60,495 bases of DNA from Mesotaenium endlicherianum. Lineage: Eukaryota. Below are positions 25,951 through 38,833 of the stretch, one piece after another (position 1 is the stretch's first letter; each line of letters starts with the position of its first letter). Under the pieces are notes generated by a model, which worked only from the letters and a program-made list of their open reading frames with translations, had not been told where the DNA came from and made no database searches. The position numbers and the translations under genes were made by a program. The DNA is taken from NCBI GenBank assembly GCA_009602735.1, contig WELA01001563.1, positions 24,867 to 85,361 on the forward strand. The letters run 5' to 3'.

Positions 25951-28614
25951 CTTCTTGTGCTACCAAAGTGCCTGGCTCCAATACCACTGTAGTGAAACAG
26001 ATAGATAAAGTACTTAGTGATATATAATACTTTATCTATTCAAGACAAGGATCTTTGAACACAAGTGGTAGCTTCTTGAAAGAGAGATGGCTTCTTGAAA
26101 GTTAATATATTTCTGGATTTTTGCAAGTACAAGAGTGATTCTGGAATCTCTTTCTCTGTTCTAGCTCTTGTTTATATACTTGCTACATAAGTAATTTCTA
26201 GGAAGGTGTATGTTGATGTGTTGGCACCCAACACATCCCAAAACTTGCCACCTCTTTCTAGAATAATGTACACATGTCCTTTTGACCTAAAAATGGCACA
26301 TTTGACTTTTGCCACGTGGAGTTCTTCTAGGTCTTTCCTCTAACTTCGAAAATGCCTTAGAAGGTTCAAAGGACATGAACCAAGTCACTAGAGTACCTAT
26401 TCACACTTGAATCCACACAATACTACTCCAAATATATTTGAAAAATTTAAAATACATGCAAACTAATATATTATAACTCAAATCACTACACTACCCCTAC
26501 TACAAAATTTGTAGAAGAAAATTCCATGGCAGCCATGATTGTTATAATTTGCAATTGACAATAAACAGAGAACAAAAAAGAACGAAAGTGAAGGTGAATA
26601 TCGAACCAAACTTAGCATTGTCCTTGGTTCGCAATTTGAAGTATCCTCGTCGATACTTGTCCGTTTGACCTGTCTCTAATTTGCCGGTAGGGTTCACGTG
26701 TTACTGCTTCTTGGAGTTTATTTTCTGGCAATTTGGATCAAAAAGATGTAAGTATAGGGCCTGCAAAAAGTGACCTAATCGTGGGACAAAATTTGGTTCC
26801 AGAATCAAAAAAAGACCCACCGTAAAGCTAGTGTTAAAATTAAACTTGTTGACTTTGGGACCAATCTGCTCCAATTGGGATCAAGGAAATTTTATGTAAA
26901 TCAATTTACACACGCTCAACGCAGGCAGACGGGGTTGTCTCTTGCCCATCCTAGCCTATTCTTCCGTGCTCCTAGGCTAGAGCAGATGCAGTACGGTATG
27001 GTACAACACAAGTCCACTTGATCGTGGACCCCTATTCCATCTAAAGTGCAGTAAGAGATTGGTCTCTAGTTTTCATACACGGATATGGCCTGTACATATT
27101 GGATAAGTACGGTGAAGTATATACGGGTGTCCTAAAATTGTACGTTAAATACGTCAAAATACGTCAAGCGTGTAAACTCAATAGAAATTTGTTTGCGGTT
27201 GTGACGTTTGGAAACTTTTAACGTTGTAAATTTCGTCGGTCACGTTAGGTGGAGAATGACGAGTGCGTCAAAAATAGATGGTCCAAAAAAGATTATGTTA
27301 ACCACCCCCTTCTAGAAGGAAAAATTTTATTTTGGTATTAAATGAAAAAAATGGACCATTGCTTTTTGTAAGTATTTTGTCAATACGTATTCGTAAATAA
27401 TACAGAGTGTGAGTACGGCAAGAGAGGCCGATATGCAAAAATTCTAAAATTAGGGATTGATTTGACATTTGACCTTAAAGAGTGGAGATAAATCCCATCT
27501 TACCCGTCCTTGACGTTGCAAACAACCATCAATCAAACTTTGAATTCTGATCTGATTTCCAACTATAATTATGAACCGGAATGGTGATGAACTGTAAAAA
27601 AGCTTTGTTCTTCATGTCCTTTTTCATTGTTACTTCTCGAGCACGTAACTTCTTGAAGTTTTATTAACATGATCTCACCCATATGAACAATTGCAATAAA
27701 CATTATAATTCAAGTTATCTACATGTTATTTTTCATTGATTATTTTGACCACATGACCTTTTGAAGTTCCGTCAACATGATTTCATCATTGTGGGCAATT
27801 ACAATAAGCATTATAATTCATGCTATCTTTATGTCAACTGCACTTGTTTACGTGTGCATTCACTATTGTCAATTGTCTTCAAGTGGTCCACATATGACAA
27901 TAAGTGGAGTCAAGCGTCTCTAGATTGGTCTCACCATGAAAGGCAATAAAGCCGCATCCAAGGAAGCCCGTATTAAATGTCAAGAGGGATATTTGCCTTG
28001 TGACATCATTCGTCAAACATGAAAACTTGAACTTGTCTTCATTATAGTCATGGTGTTATTTTCCTCTCTCCTTCTCTTTCTATTCATCTCCCTCTCTCTC
28101 TCTTGATCAATATTTTCTCGTGACTCTCCGCATTACAATTATCAATTGTTCAAAACTCCATGAGGATGGAAGATAGATTCCTGCTTATTGTTGTGTGTGA
28201 AACAAAATTGGGTTGCAAACTATAGTCTTTTCTAGGGTGGTGTCTTGTGGTCTGCCAAGTATATTAACTGGACTTGTAGAAACATAGTAGCGGGCAACAA
28301 ATTGTCCCTTGTGTTTGGTTGTTGCATGATGTAAACTATATTAAATTTGTCGAGTAACAACGCTAAGTCTCACCAGCTGTGCAAGAGCACTTACTATGCT
28401 TGGCAATAGCAAGTTTTATTATCAAGCTCCACGTGCCGTTATTTTACAAATGGTTATCCATCATTGTAATCTAAACAAAATACTCAAAAGTGAATTGTGT
28501 TCACGACGCAAATTTGCTTTGAGCGATGTATCTCCAAATGTTATAATGGTCAAAAATTGGTATTTTTTATCTTGTGAAATTATTGTACATGAATAATATA
28601 AATAATAACTAAAA

Positions 28615-29222
28615 TTTATATAAGGTTCATTGCACCAACGTCACCACATCTATTGTCTATACAAAATAAAACTCGTCTTGTAAAAGTTTTATAAATTAAA
28701 TATCAAAAAACGTTGTGGAATATTGTTTGTATTTATTTTACGTGTATATCCATTGAAATGTTTTGCATAGAGAATGTCAATGAAGTTGTCATCGATGACT
28801 ATCTCCATGCTTGAAGAGAGTATTTTCTAAATTCTAAATCTAATAAAACTATTGTCTTGTCTTCATCATTTCATCCAAAAATATTTGTTGCTTATGTTTT
28901 TTTCACCATTTTATCAAAATATTTTGTAAAATATATATCTACAATAAAATTTAAATTTGTATGAAATATTCCTTAACGACACATATATCTACGAAGTAAA
29001 TGCTATCTATTTATCATTATATCATCATACGTATGTATAATAAGAATTCATAAATAAATTATAATATAAAACTATTAAAATAAAAAAGAAAATTATTTCA
29101 TTGAATTTTAAATATATAACATGTTTATATATTTTTATTTACTGTATAACGTGTTTTACATTATAACCTAGCTTTTTGGAAACAACTAACTGGATGACGT
29201 TGGTGTGATGACACTCATATAT
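28615..29222. mobile_element. Possible old foldback element or MITE around a very AT-rich core
   Basis: CACCAACGTCA (28633-28643) is inverted at 29195-29205, with patchy inverted similarity extending about 80-100 bp; no TSD identified. Confidence 0.35.
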
Positions 29223-32200
29223 TTGTTGGTAAATAATTAATAATTTTAATTAATAATTTTAGATACATGCTTTTTTTTTGGAAAAATAAACCAAGTGTCG
29301 TTGGTGTCGCCAATCTTTTTCAATGGGAAGAGGGTGAAAATGATGATGTTGATAATGTGAAAAATAATGGTCATATTAATACTTTCGTACAGATTGAGAA
29401 CATCAAAATGTACAAAACAACGAATTTTTGGGCTGCACGTCATTCTTTCTTTGCAACTATACATATATGGCTCCCCAAAACTTTGACCATAATTGCAAGG
29501 GTGTTAAAATACAACCTCCCAATGGCAGGTCCAAATAGCACAGTCCAGCATGGACAGTCATGGGAGCATTACTAAATGGAGCAACATGGTGCGTACGTAA
29601 AACGGCGGATTTGCCATTTCTTCTGTTGCATGGATTGCTTGCCTTTAGTGGGTTTTTATGGACATGTGCCATTATTACCAGTTGCCCATTTTATTCATTT
29701 ACAATAGGGAATGGGCCAGCACCACGAGACCTCGAGCATGGCGCGTGCTTGGGAATATTTGCATGGAGGCACCATCAAGTTAATTTGCATGGCAAGACTC
29801 ACAACGTGACCAGAATGGGTGTCCAAATGGAAGGTATTGCAATGATTTGCCTTTTAAGTACTGGCAAAGGTGCAACTATTCTACAACTGATTGAGCCTGA
29901 TTCGTAAGGAATGTCGGAAGTAAGAAACAAAGTCACTGCTTAAAATGCTAACAACCGGCACACTATCGTGCCCTCTGGTAGTCAAACCTAAGCACTAACA
30001 GCAGCGCTTGCTCGTGTAGTGCAGCACTTCTCCAGTGACCTTCCAGGTACGCACTAAGGGTTCGACAAACATCCTGCATTAGCACACGCGCACAAACAGT
30101 CTGGCCATTAGTGTTACTGCATGTGGAATACACGGGCATCTATTCAAACATGCACGCATAAGCGTGTCTAAACAGGCCGTCCATGAGAGACGGTGAGAGA
30201 GAGAGGGAGACAGAGAAAGAGAGAACGAGAAAGCAAAGAAAGGGGAAGGACATGGCTCATGACATCCCCACTGTCACATTACGCAGTATAACACACGACC
30301 TGCCTGCGCACTATGGCACGTGCATACGCTGCCCAAACATGCCGTTCTACAGCCAACCTTTGGGTCCTCCAAGCAAACACAACACACAGCAGGAAAAGGA
30401 ACCAAGCGACTGTCGGCGTGCAGCAACTGTGCTAGGTCCTCTTAGAAGTTATGCATGTATGATGCTTGCGTGTGGTGTACCTGATGAAGTTCATGTGCAT
30501 GATACAATTGACGGGTCTGTTTATCGTCTTGAATACTTTCAAATGAAATTAGTACAAAGTCTTCAACGGATGTATTACAATCGACTTAATTCTATTTAAT
30601 TGTTGGCTAGCTTTCTTCATAATGCAGGAGGCTAGCTCGGGGTAGACAACTGCAAATGTATTTGGTGTTTGGACGCTTCTGAACTTCTCTAATCTCTATG
30701 CATCTCCTCTCCAATTGAATTGAGGGGGCATGAGATACAACGTTATTGTTCTTAGTAAATTGTTTCAGTTGGCTCCAATGGCCATTTTTCTTTTCTAACG
30801 GGCTAGTTTGCATGTGCAATCGTGAGCATGCTGAGCTAGCAAAGGAAGTTGTTGCCATGCTTGATGAAACTGGAAGCGACACTTTGGTATCTGTCACATC
30901 AAAATCTGAATATAGGAGGACGCATCCACATCTGAACTCGAGGAGCGTCCCAGCTGTGCACTGACAGAGATCGTGTCATGGCTCTCATGACGCGAAATTC
31001 TGCCATGAGCCATTGACATGACATTGAGTTTCTCTCACTTGCCATTTAATCCTCAATTATCTCATACTTCCCGCAAAATAAATGTAAATGGAGGATTGAG
31101 GATGATAAATTGACTGGCTTAGAGACGTTATTTAAAGGCCAATTTGATTTGGAAATTTGAAATATAGAAAGCCTACTTGTCATATTAAGTGTATATTCCT
31201 TGAAAGCACAAGAACTGAACTTTAAAAAGGAAGCGCAGACACAATATCATTCATGATAGCTTTAGCTAGTGCTCTTTGATTGTGGTTATTGTTACGTACC
31301 CGCACTTCATCACATGTTTACTGATCCTCAATGTCAGCCATAAAGGCGTGCGGTATGTGTGATTGAGTAACTCTACGTTTGTTGGCCTCTAAATGATCAG
31401 ACCTACTGCACCTCTGCAATTGAATGTTCATCCTCAATGTTCCTCCCTGCTTTAAGCTTACATATAATTTCAACAGCGTGGACTCCCGCCCGATCCACCC
31501 ATGCTACCATCTGCGGCTGATTTCGGTGGCTTCACATTGCGTGTCACCAGGTGGCGGTGGCGCAGCGTTGAAAGCTTTCACTTCTATCTTAACTCAAAGC
31601 CCTCATTCTAAAGCCCCCATTCCTACTAAATCTCACGTGTAGCATGCTGCTATTGCTGTTCTAGCCTCAATCACGGCCCAACAAGTAATAATGGCCACCA
31701 TGCAGTGGGATTCTGGGAAAGGGGGAAGGGTGGTGGGGGGTCTCAAGGAGGGAGGGCGGGTCAAATGTGAGAGAAGAGAAGTCCAAGAGGGCACCGCCCC
31801 TCAACCCCCGCTCCTCCAATGCACCGCTGCATGCACCTTCATAGTGACGCCTTTGCCTCTTTCCACCTTTATTGCAGGCGCCGGCGTCTGTCAATAATCG
31901 TGACAGCTATTGGCTTTGACCGCAATTTTGGCGGCTGCATTGACGTTGGAGCTTGCATTCATCCATATGTGCGGCCTTTGCCCTAAATCTATAGCGGCAG
32001 CGTTGGTTCTGGCTGCTTCTGTGGCTTTGAATTGGCTGCAGTGTTGACTTCGACGTTGATTTGGCTGTGACCCTGCAACTCTCTGCCCCTGGCTTGAAGT
32101 TTGACTCCAGCTCTGAGGCCTAAACCTGGACTTGAATCGTGCCATACTTTTAATATATACCATATTTCTGAGCCCGACTTTGATTGCAAGGCAAGTGCCT

Positions 32201-35200
32201 GTTTCCAAGACCGCCATCTCAGCCACCACCAACGCCAAAGCCCCAAGCTTTGCCAGGTGTTGCACTTACGGTCGCCTCGCTTTTGATCAACGTCGTGCTG
32301 CTCTGTCACACCACCTCCTTAAGCCCTACTCTATTTGGGCCAGCCAGCTGGCACCTCCTTCTGAGTGCCACGCAGCAGCTTCTTCTGTAGCCATCAACAA
32401 TTTCATCTTGCCCGTCGCATGTGAGGAATTACTCAAAAGAGGAGCCCAAGAAGAAATGGGGGACCACCAACAGGCATTCATTGGTATGCATGCCAGGTGG
32501 ACGATGGAGACAACGCAACACAGGCACCAATATGAGGTCCTGCGAAGGTGCGCACTGACCCGATGCCAGGCTTTGACAAAGCGGTGGCACTCTCTACTGG
32601 CTCCACATTATTGCGCGTGTGCCGTGTGGCAGGGTGGGGGTGTGCGTGGCACATGTTAGTGCTGTCGCAGATGCTAAGAATGGCCGTGTGCGAACAGATA
32701 TCAACTCTTCTGGGCGCCACTCTGGCTCTCTCTCCACGCTTTGTGCGGGTGCAAACGGGCAAGCGTGCAAGGATGCGCGGGCATCATGCAAGTGCCGTGG
32801 TAGGCGGGCGGTTGTCTGTGGATCTAAGTGTCTGGACGAGCAAGTTGGCGGGCAGACGCGCGGGTGGGCGGGCGGGCGGGCAGCAAGGATCGTGCACGCA
32901 TGCAGGCTGCCGGCGGTGGGTCTGAAGAAGGTGGATGCGGAGCCTCCTCTTTGGCAGGCATGCAGTCCCCATGGGTCCCCGAAGGCTGCTGGCACGCTGA
33001 TGCTGGCACCGGTGCCAGTGCAGGTGCTGGCGCTGCCACATTGTAGGCGCAGGTATGCTCTCTGCACTCGGGCTTCTATTGAGCTTGTGCTAAGTGCCTT
33101 CTTTCAACCGTCGACTAGTGGATGCAATATGGGTGGGTGCAGGGGGCATAGTAGACAGGGCGTTCTCAGCTCTCTCGAAGACATCACAAATTGTTAGTCT
33201 TGTATCCTCAAAAGATGACATGCTCAAGCCCAATCTTGCACTTTAAACCCTAGGCCTTGGGAAAACCCTAGGCGTGGAACTGTAGACTTTGAAATATGAT
33301 CGAGACTCGGAGCGCTCCAGAATCCAAGAAAGTTCCAATTGTAACCTCACAGCATGGCTCTCCAAGGGCGCACAAGTGGGCTGGCTGTACTCAGCACGCA
33401 TGTGTGTGCGCGCGCTTGAGGGTCGCGACTTGCTGTGGGTCAGGTACGGAAGAGCCGGAAGCCTATGCCTGCACGTTTTCTTGCCAACTGCCTTGGACTG
33501 TGCGTGCATGAGTATACAATTGTCGTGGTTATACTGTGAGTGCCTTAATTGTTTGTGTGTGCGTGTGCATGCGTGTGTGTGTGTGTGTATCTGTGTGTTT
33601 GTGTTTGGGACGTGCCTCTGATCTGTGTTGAGCCTGCATTCCTGTTTGTCTCATGAGTGTGCAGCTGTCCATTATGCTCAAAACTTTATGTCCTCTAGGC
33701 TCTACCCCACCATTCCATGGACCATCCCCATCTGCCTTTGCTCCTCCTTGCTCTTCTTCTTAGTGCTCACCTCATGCTGCACACTTGCCTGCTGGCATAT
33801 TCCCCAAGTACTCATTCTGCTCCCAGGCAACTTCTCTGGCCAACCCCAAGTCGAACCCACCTCATTTGATGGACCCTACTTCCGCCGCTTACTTCATATG
33901 TCAAGCACCACTTGGGGGATCGTCACTGACGCTGTCTTTCACAGCCCTTCTCTTTGCACAGTTGCACCAGTGTATTGTCAATGTCAGGGCCCCTCTGCCG
34001 CGACTAGAGGATTTAGCTCAAATTCGACCGCACCGTACCCATACCCCCTGCCTGCTTGATCCAAATATGCTTTCGCTGCACATCATCATCTTTCAGGACG
34101 TGGCATGGCCCTATCTCGTGTTTATAACGCGACTGACCTCCCTAACTGCCTGACGTGCCAAACTTTGCCCCCCAACCCCCCATCTCCCTCCCCCTCCCTC
34201 TCGCCCACGAGCCTCTGCCAGATGGCACAGAGGCGCCCAGAGGCCCCAGAGGCCCCAGAGGCCCCTGCCCAATGCCAGCTGGCATATCTGCGAGGAAGCG
34301 CGCAGTGCTCACGCCGAGGATGCTGTCTTGCGGGCTGCTGAACAACGTCTGCTCGGGCTGGAGCGGCGACGTGGCTCTCTGCTGCGCGTGTGTGGAGGAT
34401 GTAAAGGCCTAATATAGCAGCTATGCGGACCATGCCTCTTGGGGAGCGGCGGTGCTTTGCATGCTGATAGTTGGCACTGCCAGGTAGCTCTTGAAGGACA
34501 CCACGCGCCCTGGAGAAGTCTCCCGGGCCATGTGCTGCTACCAAGAAAAGGGCATGATGGTAAATTTGTCAAGGGGACAACCTTACGTGCATGATGGAGC
34601 CTGCAGACTTCTCAAAATCAAGTCATACACTAAATAAATTTAGATTGGATAAGCTGATATGCTAAACAGGTTTTCCTCATTTGGTTTTTGTGCAAGGCTC
34701 CACTGTTGACTGTTATGCGTTGCATAAAAGATACAAATGTGTAGTATTGAACTTGAAAAAGCCACAAGGAGAAAACTCTTTTTTATCGCAACGCTCACAC
34801 CCTGGTCTCTATTCTATTTTAGTGAAAACAATTCAACTCGTCGAAGTACGAGCAATCATAAGGAGTGTGACACGCTTCTGTACAACACACACAAGGCTTA
34901 TCTCATTAGTATATGTTTCAAATTGCGTATACTTGATATTATTGCTATGACAGCACACAATCACTATGCTGGGTTGCGCCACTAGCAAATCTTGCTTCCA
35001 ACAATAATTCCTAAATAAAATTTAAGATCTAGGAATCTCATTGTCCTCCCTTAAGAGCATTCTACTAATCTGCAAGAATGTGAGGGGGATGCTAGCCCAC
35101 TAACAATTCTTGCATGCACTCTATGTTACAAAAGTTCAACGCACACCTCTGTGGTTGCATTGAGTGCAAGATGTGCAAGTCAAGGGTCAAGAGGCCTTTG

Positions 35201-35979
35201 ACTCATACTGTTTCAAAAGGCTATCTCTAGCTCTGTCAAGAGCATGCGCGACTATTTGAGGGATGTCACTTGAACTTGGTACTTTCTTGCACATAAGGCA
35301 TCAAATATGCTTGTGGGCAAGGGTCACGCCCCAAGTAGCATCCTCATCTACAGAGAAAGAACAGGGGGGATCACTCCTCCCTTCTTCAGCGGATGGTGCA
35401 TCAGCAGGGACAGTGTCAGCACGTACACTGCGCTTCTTTTTATAGCACACACCAGGCACAGAGGTAACTACAAGCAGAGACTTCCTCTTTGAGTATGCTT
35501 AAAAATGAGGAAGAGGCGCTCTTAGAGTGCTTGTAGCCCAGCTCTTGTGAATAGCCAACTGAATGTTGAGGCATTGGACAGCCTTACTCATTGTCGATAT
35601 CGCATCACTGCACCCAAAGAAGGTCACAGCAGTTCTCAAATTACACTTATGGCAAAAGCGGGTGATTAAATAATCATCCACTTGAGGTAGTTGAGTGCTG
35701 CTGGAGCACCAACCAGGGCTTCACTGAGAGTGGATAGGATTGACTTTTTAATCACCCTTTAGCTGCAAGGTAACGGGGAGATGACCGCTATTGGAAATGA
35801 GGTAAACGGGAGGATTGCTACTAGGAAGGAAATGAGGATGTTGTCAAACATGTTCTGAAAGTTATGCATGACACACTATCAGATAAGATAGAGCACCGAT
35901 TTCTCTCTACATTTGTAAGCCGAGCATCTGAGACTACACCACTGTCAATATCAAGAAAATTCTCCAGGTGTTCAATCTG

Positions 35980-36736
35980 CTAATGCGTCCAGATGTGTTT
36001 TTTCAGGCTTGCTTCATACCTGGGCGCATATGCAAACTTACACTCGTTGCCACAACAATAAAAGCACCATAAGTACCCATATCTTACACTCACAATCTTA
36101 TCATATCTCGGTGCATAGGAATTAGCAAATGTAACCAACAACGTTGGGTCCCCCAGACTTGTGGATAAATAAGCTCCAATAGTGGCTGAGAGTTGATCAT
36201 TTGTGCCTTCCACAATAATACCAAGAAAATCGAGCTCTTTTTGAAGCTTGAAATGCTCCCAATGCCGCAAGAGTGGTAAGCACTACAAAAAAGAACAGAA
36301 AACGATTAATTTAATTAGACTACACTATATGAACATTGGACTTGCAGGACTAATCAGTTAGCATGACGAAAAAATCAGGAAAAGAAGATTACTCAAGCAT
36401 ACTTGGTGCACCCATCACATCCTTATTATATGATGAATTAGCGTCATACTAATACAGCTGATCATGGCTTGCAGTTACCTTCATACTTCTGTAACGAAGT
36501 ATTGCCAGCACCATCTCAAATATTCTCTCTTCGCAGTCATACTCAATGGAGAGGATATTGGAGTTCTCCTCTCGGAAAATAGTAGATGCTTGATTAGAGG
36601 ACACATCACGGGCATTTTCGTGACCCCAACAATCACTGAAGAGGGAAGAAAAGTAGGTAGATTGCTCCAAAAGTGCCCTACTCACTATGTAAGGAACCCT
36701 AGCTTTCCCAACACAAACCTTCACGTTCTCATGCAT
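35980..36736 (-). CDS. BTB/POZ-domain protein, possibly pseudogenised; exons 36736-36479 and 36282-35980
   Basis: VKVCVGKARVPYIVSRALLEQSTYFSSLFSDCW...IEYDCEERIFEMVLAILRY splices in phase (GT at 36478, TTTTTTGTAG at 36283) to CLPLL...LQKELDFLGI, a typical BTB ending. Coding-like but stop-interrupted sequence continues to about 35500. Confidence 0.7.
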
Positions 36737-38064
36737 GCCTGCACCTTAACTTCCTCTTTACCGATGACTGAGTGCAAGGCGTTCCAAATGGTTGAAGGTT
36801 CCACTGCAGGATTGTGTGTTTTCTTCTTGCAGCTTCATTTGGCATAGTCTCGCAATATCACGCTGCATGAAGTCACACGCATATATGCAAGCTCATCAAG
36901 CTTGCCATCGGAGGTACTTAACACCTAAAATAACCAATTTGATTTAGCATAAAATACGAGGGAAATCTAGAGTTTTTTAAGCAGCTATAGCGGTACAGGT
37001 GATTTTATTTGGAAAAAAGGTCTGTTTTTAATTACAAATATACCAGCTCTTGAGGCGCGTTGCCTGCTTGTCAATTTTGAAGTACTTTGTGGGTCGGTCA
37101 AACTATGTTGCGGTCTAGCCTAACAATCAAGCAAGGACCTGGCCACATGCATGTCAAATGTGAAGGAATTTGCATGCTACAAACCTCATGGCACACTCAT
37201 GATTGGTCCATCTGAACTGGAAAACGATGGTCGCTACTTGTTTGTGCAAGTTCCTACTCTTTTGCCCAAGTTCCTATAAAAAGAGTCATGCACAGCTTTG
37301 GACTTCATATAGCGTTGCATGTAATATATGATACAATCAGGCCGGCTCATAGTGCACAAATGAAGGCTTCTTTGCTTCATGCAGGCATTGATGCCCAAAG
37401 GATTATGCGCAGCCTATAGCTGGCTCAAAAGGGTATTGAGGAAAGCAGTTGTGTGCACCAATTTGATAAGAAGTGACAAGGATTTTTGGTGGAGAGGGCT
37501 TAATTACCAGGTGTTACAAGCAAAATGCAAATAGACTTCTTACGAAGCAATACAAGCTATATGTAGTGAAACAGATAGATAAAGTACTAAGTGATATATA
37601 ATACTTTATCTATTCAAGACAAGGATCTTTGAACACAAGTGGTAGCTTCTTGAAAGAGAGATGGCTTCTTGAAAGTTAATATATTTCTGGATTTTGGCAA
37701 GTACAAGAGTGATTCTGGAATGTCTTTCTATGTTCTAGCTCTTGTTTATATACTTGCTACATAAGTAATTTCTAGGAAGGTGTATGTTGATGTGTTGGCA
37801 CCCAACACATCCCAAAACTTGCCACCTCTTTCTAGAATAATGTACACATGTCCTTTTGACCTAAAAATGGCACATTTGACTTTTGCCACGTGGAGTTCTT
37901 CTAGGTCTTTCCTCTAACTTCGAAAATGCCTTGGAAGGTTCAAAGGACATGAACCAAGTTACTAGAGTACCTATTCACACTTGAATCCACACAATACAAC
38001 TCCAAATATATTTGAAAACATTAAAATATATGCAAACTAATATATTATAACTCAAATCACTACA

Positions 38065-38074
38065 TCACCCCCCC
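38065..38074 (-). promoter_or_regulatory. Polypurine tract of copy 2
   Basis: GGGGGGGTGA abuts the 3' LTR on the minus strand; the same tract is next to 20710 and 44242. Confidence 0.8.
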
Positions 38075-38102
38075 GACAGAAAAAGCGACGTCTCGGCGCG
38101 TC

Positions 38103-38228
38103 AAGTCAGGTCTTACACATGTGGAGCAAACTAGTCAACAGCTTCAAGTCAGATGCCACACAAGTGAAGAGGATTAGTCCGAGGCGCCAAGTCAGATGCT
38201 ACACATGTAAGGTAGACTAGGCAAGGTC
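38103..38228. repeat. About 3 x 43-bp tandem repeat in the retroelement 3' untranslated region (also 20749-20872, 44280-44403)
   Basis: Units aagtcag.t..yacacatgt..ag.agactagtc.a.gc..c. Confidence 0.85.
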
Positions 38229-38833
38229 GTGGGTGGTGTGACCTTATTGGCTAGCCTACTCCTTGATGATAAAGAAAATTGTACAAGTTGGCCCAGAATC
38301 TGCCACAAATTCAAAAATTCATAGCGTCCACAGAACTGCTCCAAATCTACAAATTTGAGTGCCAGACGGACCGTGTCGGAGAACTCTACTGGGTCACCAA
38401 ATTTGAGAGCATTCTAATTTCTGGAGCGTCGTTGAGAGCTGAGAGAGTAGGCACTCCTCCAAATCTGTGCAGAAACTTCTGAAAATCATAAGTCCTTCTA
38501 TGCTTCTCCAAATTCTGCAAAGTAAGTCTCAAAATGGGCGCTGTAAGATGTTCTACCAGAGTCTTGAGTTTCAGAGCATTCCAAGTTCAGGGGAAGGCAC
38601 AATGTCAGAAGGCATATTCTGTCCTAACAATGCCAGCAGCCTGACCCCCTTCTACTTAGAGCATCATATCTCTCTCACCAGTGCTCCAAATTGAGCAAAC
38701 TTGGACTCTAAATGACCGGCTACTCATGGACTACAGCCAGGTAAATTTTCAGAATTTATTATGCAGAGACCTATTACCAGTAGCAGTTTTAGTTTTCTGT
38801 CCAGAAACTGCGAGAAGAGAAGAGTGTCTAATG

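Larger units (their letters stand above)
20205..26490 (-). mobile_element. Ty3/Gypsy chromovirus LTR retrotransposon, copy 1 (defective, contains gaps)
   Basis: LTRs 20205-20709 and 25988-26490 (TGTAGTGA...TCACTACA); 5-bp TSD CTACC (20200-20204, 26491-26495); PBS 25971-25986; PPT next to 20710; gag-RT-RH-INT-chromodomain order. Confidence 0.97.

Noticed and set aside
17810..26800. Candidate piggyBac TIRs (about 17811-17831 vs 26780-26800)
   Set aside because: Only a short imperfect inverted match with no TTAA target duplication.
32520..32610. EVLRRCALTRCQALTKRWHSLL, faintly F-box-like, within a GC-richer 31900-34600 region
   Set aside because: No coherent exon chain or full motif; at most a decayed gene fragment.
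33245..33270. Two AAACCCTA telo-box motifs
   Set aside because: No supportable downstream gene, and short motifs can occur by chance.
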